Source: Candidatus Sumerlaeia bacterium (lineage in GTDB: Bacteria > Sumerlaeota > Sumerlaeia > SLMS01). Taken from it: a DNA stretch of 24,141 nucleotides. Shown here one piece after another: positions 7,140-13,813 of the stretch. The stretch spans positions 1-24,141 of the forward strand of contig JBBQYG010000052.1 in the NCBI GenBank assembly GCA_038208905.1, given 5' to 3'. The notes under the pieces are model-generated. The model was given only the letters and a program-made list of their open reading frames with translations, made no database searches and was not told the DNA's origin. Both the position numbers and the translations under genes were made by a program. The first letter of the stretch is position 1, and each line of letters begins with the position of its first letter.

Positions 7140-7625
7140 ATGGCGAACCAGCCTCTAATCCTGACCAAGACCGAGATCACCCAGATCCACCGGGCGCTCC
7201 TGCAGATGCTTAAGCAGTCCGAGGCCAAGTGCGCGATGCTCGTCGATGCCGACGGCAAGTGCCTCGCCAAGAAGGGATTCACCTCGAACATCGACACCGA
7301 TGCCCTCGCCGCCCTGATCGCCGGTTCCTTCTCGTCCACCCGCGCCATGGCCAAGCTCGTGGGGGAAACGGACTTCTCCGTGCTCTTCCATCAGGGCACC
7401 CGCGACCACATCCACAACATCCTCGTTGATACCAACACCATCCTGACCGTGATCTTCGACGACCGCACCACCATCGGCATGGTTCGCCTCTACTCCAAGG
7501 AGAGCGCCAAGGCGCTCAAGGAAACCATCGAGGTCGCCCGTACCAAGAAGATGCCGATGGACAAGAAGCTGGCCATCGAGAAGGACGTCGAGGACCAACT
7601 CGACAACCTCTTCAAGGAAGAGTAG
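7140..7625 (+). CDS. mglB: MglB, Roadblock-domain regulator (GAP) of MglA
   Basis: Matches the myxobacterial MglB pattern along its length: N-terminal helix, LVDADG, IDTDALAALIAG, AKLVGETDFSVLFHQG, VIFDDRTTIGMVRL, and the C-terminal helix DQLDNLF. Adjacent to mglA. Confidence 0.92.
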   Translation: MANQPLILTKTEITQIHRALLQMLKQSEAKCAMLVDADGKCLAKKGFTSNIDTDALAALIAGSFSSTRAMAKLVGETDFSVLFHQGTRDHIHNILVDTNTILTVIFDDRTTIGMVRLYSKESAKALKETIEVARTKKMPMDKKLAIEKDVEDQLDNLFKEE

Positions 7626-7692
7626 CCCCACCCCGCCCCCACAGCGGTAACCGAACCGGATTGCGACCCCCACACACCGAACAGAAACGCAA

Positions 7693-8991
7693 ATGCAGGG
7701 TAATCTCAAACAGATCCAGCTCCCCGAAGTGCTCCAGTTCATCAGCATGGGCAAGAGCACCGGCCTCCTGACGATTCGCGACCCCAAGGGGAACGAGATC
7801 ACCTTGATGATCGCCTCGGGGCGCATCATCAACTCCAGTGCTCTCGACCGCCGCCGCCGTCTCGGCGAGCTCCTCGTCCAGCGCGGCATCCTCAAGCGCA
7901 GCGTCCTCTCCCAGATTCTCACTCTCCAGCGCACGATCGAGTCCGACAAGCGCCTCGGCCAGATCCTCGTGGAGCGCGACTACATTCAGGAATCCACCAT
8001 CCGCGAGGTTCTGCACCTCCAACTCGAAGAAGAAATCTGGAACCTCTTCGGACTCGATTCCGGCGAGTTCAAGTTCGACCACTGCGAGGAGTCCAAGCTC
8101 GGCGAGGCCCTCGTCCATATCGAGATCGATCCCCTCCTCATCGAGGGCACCCGCCGCCAGGACGAGTGGCGCAAGATTTCCCGCACCATCCCCGGCGACC
8201 GTGTCATCCCCACCCTCAAGGGGAACGTCCGCATCAGCGACCGTAAGGATAAGCTGCGCTTCAGCCCATCGGAATGGAAAGTCCTCGCCCAGATCAACGG
8301 GCGCACATCCATCAAGGGCGTCGTCAACCGTGCCTCCATGGGCCGTTTCGAGGTGTACCGCATCGTCGCCGAGCTCGTGGATCGCGGACTTGTCACAATC
8401 CGCGAGGTTGACCGAAACAGCGTCGAGAGTGCCCCCATGCTTTCCGCCGCCCAAACCAGTGGCGCGCACCCCATGACCACCGCCAAGACGGGTGGCGGGC
8501 TTTTTTCCATGCTTACGGGCTCGGGGCCGTCCCGCCGGGACGACCGCGCGGAGAAACTCGCGTGCGTTTCCCCCATCGGCGCCCTCTCACATCTGGTCAA
8601 TCGTCAGGTGGAGACCATTCCCCCCCCCCGCAGCGGAGAGAACGATTCGCGCCTCCTCGCCGATATCTGGGCCGATCAGGCCAGTATCTATACCAAGGCC
8701 GACCTGATCAAGGTTGATCGCGGCGCGCTCAACGCCGATCTGGCCGAAAGCTACCTGCGCCTCTTCGAATTCGGCGAGGCCGTTCAGGATTGCTACGAGG
8801 ACTCCCTCGAGGCGCTCATTCACACCGTTGACGCGCTCTACAGGATTTCCGTCGCCCGGCAGGGCGACAAGGCCGCCGCGCGCGCCATCAAGGAACTGCT
8901 CGACGACCTCGCGCCCCGCATCACCGTGACGTATGCCCGCGAATTCAAGATCGAGGAACGTATTCCGGCAACCCTCAAGATCGCCGCCTGA
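7693..8991 (+). CDS. DUF4388 (PATAN-like) protein with tandem MshEN-type c-di-GMP motifs, a winged-helix-like segment and a helical C-terminal domain
   Basis: DUF4388-type N-terminus MQGNLKQIQLPEVLQFISMGKSTGLLTI and GEFKF...LLIEGTRRQDEW. Contains RLGELLVQRGILKRSVLSQILTLQ and RLGQILVERDYIQESTIREVLHLQ, then EWKVLAQINGRTSI...ELVDRGLV. Confidence 0.88.
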   Translation: MQGNLKQIQLPEVLQFISMGKSTGLLTIRDPKGNEITLMIASGRIINSSALDRRRRLGELLVQRGILKRSVLSQILTLQRTIESDKRLGQILVERDYIQESTIREVLHLQLEEEIWNLFGLDSGEFKFDHCEESKLGEALVHIEIDPLLIEGTRRQDEWRKISRTIPGDRVIPTLKGNVRISDRKDKLRFSPSEWKVLAQINGRTSIKGVVNRASMGRFEVYRIVAELVDRGLVTIREVDRNSVESAPMLSAAQTSGAHPMTTAKTGGGLFSMLTGSGPSRRDDRAEKLACVSPIGALSHLVNRQVETIPPPRSGENDSRLLADIWADQASIYTKADLIKVDRGALNADLAESYLRLFEFGEAVQDCYEDSLEALIHTVDALYRISVARQGDKAAARAIKELLDDLAPRITVTYAREFKIEERIPATLKIAA

Positions 8992-9034
8992 CCGCGGAGT
9001 ATCCGGGAAGCCCCAAAGCGAGAGGATGGACTTC

Positions 9035-10177
9035 ATGCCTGGCGAAAGAGTACTTCTGGTGGATTCCTCCGCGGCCGTGGTCGACATGGGCAAGGCCGTG
9101 CTCGAGGAGAATGGCTACAAGGTCACCACCGCCAGCAATGGCGTGGCCGCCCTTTCCCACCCCGACCTCCAGAACTTCAACCTGATCATTGTCGAGTCCC
9201 GGCTCGACGGCGTCGATGGACTGGAAACCGCCTCTCAGATACGCACCGACGCGGAGACCTTCGGAATTCCCGTCCTCCTCCTCGTCCCCGACGATGAAAT
9301 CGAACATCGCGCCAGCCAGTCCCTGCGCGGCGCCAACGGATTCCTCGGCAAGCCCTTCAGCCCCTCCCACCTTGTGATCAAGGCCAAGGAAACCCTCGAG
9401 GAGCAGCGCCTCAAGGCCGTCTCCCACCAGTACCTCGAGGCCTCCGCCGACCATCACATGCAGGAACTCGCGGAGCAGAAGATTCAGCAGGCCGTCGAGA
9501 AGAAGATCCAGATCATCGTCGAGCGCGCGATCCAGTCGATCGTCTCCATCATCGACCAGCGCGCCAAGAAGGAGGTCGATGCCCGCGTCACCGCCCTCGT
9601 CTCCGAAAAGGAGCAGGAACTCGTCCGCATCACCGTCCAGGAAGTCGCCAAGTCCATGGTCGAGAAGATGGCCGAGAAAAAGGTCGCCGAGGCCATCGAC
9701 GCCGTCCTGATGGAAACCACCGAGAAGACCATCAAGCGCGCCGCCGACTCCATGCTCCCCTCGCTCGTCCGCGAGCGCGTCAAGGAGTCCGTCGAGAACA
9801 TTCTCCCGCGCGAGGTTCAGATAAAGGTCGAGAAGGCCACCCAGGAGAAGATGACCGAGTTTGGCGAGGCCCTCATCAACGTCATCAACATCGAGGCCAA
9901 GAAGGCCATCCCCCTCATCGCCAAGGAAAAGCTCCCCGAGATCGCCGAGCGCCAAGTCACCGTCGCCTGCGAACAGCGCATCCCCCAGCTCGTCACCGCC
10001 GAAGCCCGCGGCGCCGTCGCCAACGAACTCAACATGCGCGTGAAGCCCCTCATGGACCAGGAATCCAAGCGCATCAAGAACGTCGTCCTCATCTGGGTCT
10101 TCGCCCTCGCCATCCTCATGTGCATCCTCGTCGTCGTCCTGATGCTCATGCTTCCCCGACTCACTGCACAGGGCTAA
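9035..10177 (+). CDS. Atypical response-regulator receiver domain + long helical/coiled-coil region + C-terminal TM anchor (RomR-like architecture)
   Basis: Receiver fold RVLLVDSS...ASNG...LIIVESRLDGVDG...IPVLLL...GANGFLGKPF, then ~230 aa rich in E/K/A/V, then a hydrophobic stretch (VVLIWVFALAILMCILVVVLMLML). GAGAGG lies 9 nt before ATG 9035; an alternative start is 9026. Confidence 0.85.
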   Translation: MPGERVLLVDSSAAVVDMGKAVLEENGYKVTTASNGVAALSHPDLQNFNLIIVESRLDGVDGLETASQIRTDAETFGIPVLLLVPDDEIEHRASQSLRGANGFLGKPFSPSHLVIKAKETLEEQRLKAVSHQYLEASADHHMQELAEQKIQQAVEKKIQIIVERAIQSIVSIIDQRAKKEVDARVTALVSEKEQELVRITVQEVAKSMVEKMAEKKVAEAIDAVLMETTEKTIKRAADSMLPSLVRERVKESVENILPREVQIKVEKATQEKMTEFGEALINVINIEAKKAIPLIAKEKLPEIAERQVTVACEQRIPQLVTAEARGAVANELNMRVKPLMDQESKRIKNVVLIWVFALAILMCILVVVLMLMLPRLTAQG

Positions 10178-10324
10178 CGGCAGGAAAAAACAGCTAACGG
10201 CAGGGAGAATCGGCTAACGGCATTGAAAAGCAGGATTCTCCACCCTGCCGTTACCTACCTCAACCCTGCCTCCCCCTGCTTTTTCCTGCTGTCACCTGCC
10301 TCTCTCTGCCATTTCCTGTCTCAC
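10175..10324. repeat. Second inverted pair of degenerate 10-bp tandem arrays, between the convergent receiver gene and eutN/ccmL
   Basis: Left arm 10175-10234: TAACGGCAGG AAAAAACAGC TAACGGCAGG GAGAATCGGC TAACGGCATT GAAAAGCAGG. Right arm 10244-10324: CCTGCCGTTA CCTACCTCAA (C) CCTGCCTCCC CCTGCTTTTT CCTGCTGTCA CCTGCCTCTC TCTGCCATTT CCTGTCTCAC. Same unit family as 1074-1195. Confidence 0.85.
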
Positions 10325-10591
10325 TCCTTCGATCTCCACGCTGTCCACGATCGCCAGAATCGCCGCGTCCAACGGGCGATTCTTGACCTGAGTTCCCATG
10401 CGCGCCGAAGACCCCGTCACCACCAGCACATACTCACCCCGCCCGGCGCCGATTCCGTCGGCGGCCACTGTATAGACATCCAGTTCCTTCATGTCGGGAT
10501 TCACATGTCTCACCACCAGGAGCTTAAGCCCCTCCAGATTCACGTCCTTGCTCGTGGAGACAACCGTACCGACAACGCGACCGAGAACCAT
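10292..10591 (-). CDS. eutN: Bacterial microcompartment vertex (BMC-P) protein, EutN/CcmL family
   Basis: 99 aa: MVLGRVVGTVVSTSK..LEGLKLLVV...VAADGIGAGRGEYVLVVTGSSAR...PLDAAILAIVD. GGAGG lies 8 nt before ATG 10591. Confidence 0.95.
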   Translation of the reverse strand: MVLGRVVGTVVSTSKDVNLEGLKLLVVRHVNPDMKELDVYTVAADGIGAGRGEYVLVVTGSSARMGTQVKNRPLDAAILAIVDSVEIEGVRQEMAERGR

Positions 10592-10643
10592 GGTGACATC
10601 CTCCGGGAGTTCCCCCACCGATACCTACCCCCCTCCCCCGTGT

Positions 10644-10730
10644 CACGCCGTTTCCCCTCCGTTTCCCTGCTTTTCTCTACCTCTTCCTGTCTTTCCCTGC
10701 CGTTCCCCTTGCCGTTCACCCGGCCATTGC
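10644..10730. repeat. Third, single-orientation array of the same ~10-bp pyrimidine-rich unit
   Basis: CACGCCGTTT C CCCTCCGTTT CCCTGCTTTT CTCTACCTCT TCCTGTCTTT CCCTGCCGTT CCCCTTGCCGTTC..., located in the divergent gap between eutN and the DHDPS-like gene. Confidence 0.7.
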
Positions 10731-10786
10731 CCCATACCTCCATTATGAAAGTCCCGGGAAGGGACAGCAGCACGGAGCCACCACGC

Positions 10787-11788
10787 ATGCTTCCGCAGAT
10801 CGACACCATATCGCATCCCGTCTCCCGCCGCGATTATCCGTCTCTCCTTTGCGGAGCCATCGCCCCGCTCTTCACGCCCGAACGGCTCGACGGCCGCATC
10901 GACTACGAGGGGCTCCAGTCCCTCGCCGACCACCTCTGCCGCCAATCCGCCGTCAGCGCCCTTCTCATCCGCACCGGCGAAGGCCGCATGTGGTCCTACT
11001 CCCTGGAGGAGGCCCGTCAGGCCATCCAGTGCGTCCTCGACGTCGCCCGCCACCGCAAGCCCGTCATCGCCGGCACCGCCGGAATCTGGACCGGAGAGTG
11101 CAGCGACTCCCCCCGCCCCGCCGTCTATTACCGCCGCGCCGTCGAGCTCAGCGAGTGGGCCCTCGCCAGCGGAGCCGCCGCCGTCCTCCAGCCCGTTCCC
11201 GCGTTTCTGACCGGCGGCTATGACTATACGCCGCAGGACCGCATACTCCGCTTCTTCGAGGACCTCGCCCAGTCCGTCAACGGACCCATCGTCATCTACA
11301 ATCAAGAACACCTGCCCGAGGGCCACGCCCTGCTCCCCGAATCCCTCGCCCGCCTCAGCCAGCACCGCCAGTTCGTCGGCGCCATCTACTACACCCACGA
11401 CTCAAGCATCCTCGCCGAACTCGTCCGCTGCTGCCACCCCCGCTTCAGCGTCGTCAGCGGCTACGACAGCCTCGCCATTCCCGCATTCATGGGCGGCGCC
11501 ACCTCCAGCGCGGGCACCCTCGCCACCCTCCTCCCCGAAGTCATCGACACCGCCTGGCGCTCCCTCGCCACCCCCGACCTCTCCGTGGCCTGGCGCGCCC
11601 AAACCGACCTCCTCAAGATTCGCGAGATGCTGGCCCCCTACCAGGGGCCCGACATCGGCTGCGCCGTCCTCGCGCGCCAGGGCCTCCACATGGCCCCGCG
11701 CTCCCGCGCCGCCGGACGGCAACCCCTCCGCATCGACATCGAGCGCGTCTCCCGCGAGATCGGCCACATACGCGCCGCCTACGGCTAA
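10787..11788 (+). CDS. DHDPS/NAL-family (DapA-like) TIM-barrel protein, apparently lacking the Schiff-base lysine
   Basis: Family framework GAIAPLFT...DGRIDYEGL...PVIAGT...A.ASGAAAVL..P...FFEDLAQSVNGPIVIYN...FSVVSGYD...MGGA. VGAIYYTHD stands where VG(I/V)K(D/E)SSGD is expected. GGAG lies 9 nt before ATG 10787; an alternative start is 10745. Confidence 0.85.
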   Translation: MLPQIDTISHPVSRRDYPSLLCGAIAPLFTPERLDGRIDYEGLQSLADHLCRQSAVSALLIRTGEGRMWSYSLEEARQAIQCVLDVARHRKPVIAGTAGIWTGECSDSPRPAVYYRRAVELSEWALASGAAAVLQPVPAFLTGGYDYTPQDRILRFFEDLAQSVNGPIVIYNQEHLPEGHALLPESLARLSQHRQFVGAIYYTHDSSILAELVRCCHPRFSVVSGYDSLAIPAFMGGATSSAGTLATLLPEVIDTAWRSLATPDLSVAWRAQTDLLKIREMLAPYQGPDIGCAVLARQGLHMAPRSRAAGRQPLRIDIERVSREIGHIRAAYG

Positions 11789-11803
11789 CCCCCAGCGCCC
11801 CGC

Positions 11804-11864
11804 TGTTGACGCCGTTGACCGCCACTAACACCGTCAACACCGTCAACACGGTCAGCACCGTCAC
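11804..11864. repeat. 9-bp tandem array with a short inverted arm
   Basis: GTTGACGCC GTTGACCGC followed by CACCGTCAA CACCGTCAA CACGGTCAG CACCGTCAC. TTGAC/GTCAA units face each other and can form a hairpin. Confidence 0.75.
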
Positions 11865-11885
11865 AAAAAGCAAGGCCCCCCCACG

Positions 11886-12668
11886 GTGACCCTCCGCCGC
11901 CGCCTACGCCACACGCGCCTCTGGCAAGCCCTCCGCCCCGCGGTGTGGGAACTCCGTCGCCTCAGCCACCCGGATGGCCGGGCCATCATGCTCAACGGAA
12001 TTTGCAGAATGCGGGTCGGTCCCGGAGTGAACCTCAGCCACCCCACGCGGCCGCGCTATGAGCCCGCATACTTCCGCGCCTTCTGGAAGGCCCTTCGCCC
12101 CGGCATGACCGTCTTCGACATCGGCGCCAACCAGGGGCTCTTCGCGATTCCCGCCGGGCTTCGCGTCGGGCACACGGGGCGTATATACGCCTTCGAGCCC
12201 GCCCCCGCCGCACAGCTCGTGCTTCAGGAGCAGATCCGCCTCAACCACCTCCACCGCGTCGTCCACCCCGTCGCGTCGATTTGCGGCGCCGAGCGCGGAA
12301 TCCGCGCCCTGCACGTGGCAAGCAGCGCCGTCGGTTGGGCATCCGCCGCCGAGGCCGCCCCCGGCACGCAGTCCCTCCTCCTCCCCGTGGTCACCCTCGA
12401 CGACTTCGCCCGGCGGGTTTCCGCCGCCCCCGATGTCATCAAGATCGACGCCGAGGGAATGGAGGCCGAGGTGCTTCAGGGCGCGGCCGGCTTGCTGTCC
12501 TCCGCCCGCCCGCCCATCGTCTTCTGCGCCGTCCACCCGGGCTGCGGAGAGGCGATCGCGGAACTCGCGCGGCGACACCGCTACGCCGTCCATCGACCCG
12601 GTGGGAAACCGGTGTCGCAACTCGCGCCCGGCGAGTATATCCTTGTCCCAAGCGGGAGTACCTTGTGA
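11886..12668 (+). CDS. FkbM-family SAM-dependent methyltransferase
   Basis: Motifs LRPGMTVFDIGANQG, GRIYAFEP, VTLDDF and PDVIKIDAEGMEAEVLQGA. Confidence 0.92.
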   Translation: MTLRRRLRHTRLWQALRPAVWELRRLSHPDGRAIMLNGICRMRVGPGVNLSHPTRPRYEPAYFRAFWKALRPGMTVFDIGANQGLFAIPAGLRVGHTGRIYAFEPAPAAQLVLQEQIRLNHLHRVVHPVASICGAERGIRALHVASSAVGWASAAEAAPGTQSLLLPVVTLDDFARRVSAAPDVIKIDAEGMEAEVLQGAAGLLSSARPPIVFCAVHPGCGEAIAELARRHRYAVHRPGGKPVSQLAPGEYILVPSGSTL

Positions 12669-13813
12669 AGCCGCTGCGGATCGCCTTTCTCTGCAGCGAG
12701 TACCCTCCCGATGCGCACGGGGGGATCGGAACCGCCACCCGCGAACTGGCCCAGGGCCTTGCCGCCTGCGGCCACCGCGTCTGGGTGATCGGCCACTCCG
12801 TCCGCACCGTGCGCGAATTCGATGGGCCCGTGCGCGTCCTGCGGCTGGGGGGAAGGCCCACCGCAAACCCACGCATGGGTGCGGTGCTTGACCGTTGGAA
12901 TCTCTCGCGCACCGTGCGGACCTTTTGCCGCCGGGCACGTATAGACATCTTGGAGGTTCCCGACTGGATGGGGGAGTCGGCGTTCCTCTCCATTCCCACG
13001 CCTCCCCGATGCCCCGTCGTGATTCGGTATCACGGGGCCCAAACCACGCTCGCCCGCCTGCGCGGAGCCAGTGCAACCACCCTCACGCGCCTCCTCGAGG
13101 CGCGCGCCATCCGCCATGCCACCCACCGCGTCGCTCCCTCGCGCTTCATCGAGGCCGCCACACGCGCCGCCTTCCGCGGAACGCCACCCGCTGACTCCGT
13201 CATTCCCAACGGTATAGACACATCCCTGTTTCGGCCAGTCCCCGGCATCGTGCGCGATCAAAACCGCGTTCTCTACGTCGGGCGCCTCAGTGAGAAGAAG
13301 GGTGCCACGACCCTCGCCGCGATCCTTCCCCTTATCCTCGAACGCGACCCGCAGGCCCACCTGCACATCGTGGGAGAAAACCTCGGCGGCGCACCGCTGG
13401 AGAACCGGCTCCGCCGCAGTCTCTCAGCCGACGCGAACGCACGCCTGAACTTCCGCGGCGCCCGGCCCCATGCGGATCTTCCCGCGATCTACTCCGCCGC
13501 TACCTGCCTTCTTCTCCCCAATCGCGCCGAGTCCTTCGGCCTCGCCGCCATCGAGGCCATGGCCTGCGGCTGCATCCCCATCGTCGCCCAGCACAGCGGC
13601 CCCGCCGAGCTCATACGCCACGGTGCCAACGGATATACAGCCTCCGCCGAACGCCCGCGCGAGTTTGCGATCTGCGCGCTTCGGCTCCTCGGCGACTCGG
13701 CCACCGCCGCGAGGATGCGCCCCCATGCCATCGGGGACGCGGTCTCCACCTACGGCCGCGAAGCCATCCTCGCAGCCAACGAGTCCTTCTACGCCGGATG
13801 CCTCCGCCCATGA
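12665..13813 (+). CDS. Glycosyltransferase family 4 (GT-B fold)
   Basis: LRIAFLCSEYPP..GGIG, VIPNGID, LYVGRLSEKKG and the EX7E motif ESFGLAAIE. The GTG start overlaps the upstream stop (GTGA, 12665-12668). Confidence 0.93.
   Translation: MKPLRIAFLCSEYPPDAHGGIGTATRELAQGLAACGHRVWVIGHSVRTVREFDGPVRVLRLGGRPTANPRMGAVLDRWNLSRTVRTFCRRARIDILEVPDWMGESAFLSIPTPPRCPVVIRYHGAQTTLARLRGASATTLTRLLEARAIRHATHRVAPSRFIEAATRAAFRGTPPADSVIPNGIDTSLFRPVPGIVRDQNRVLYVGRLSEKKGATTLAAILPLILERDPQAHLHIVGENLGGAPLENRLRRSLSADANARLNFRGARPHADLPAIYSAATCLLLPNRAESFGLAAIEAMACGCIPIVAQHSGPAELIRHGANGYTASAERPREFAICALRLLGDSATAARMRPHAIGDAVSTYGREAILAANESFYAGCLRP

Noticed and set aside
2246-9955. Long antisense ORFs (2246-3142, 3468-4484, 5486-6406, 7155-7949, 7612-8469, 8975-9955)
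   Set aside because: They mirror well-supported plus-strand genes, as expected from strong codon bias in high-GC DNA, and show no family motifs.
3645-10177. Calling the cluster a Streptomyces-type conservon (Cvn) or naming the last gene romR
   Set aside because: There is no histidine-kinase-like CvnA and no DUF742 gene, and the GTPase is of the myxobacterial MglA type. The receiver protein lacks the Pro-rich linker and phospho-Asp of RomR and has a TM tail, so orthology is not supported without a phylogeny.
10223-10786. N-terminal extension of the DHDPS-like ORF (521 aa version)
   Set aside because: It runs antisense through eutN and through the repeat arrays. Family similarity begins only after about 10787, where an RBS-like GGAG is present.
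1074-11864. Short-unit arrays interpreted as CRISPR
   Set aside because: Units are 9-10 bp, contiguous and degenerate, with no unique spacers and no cas genes.
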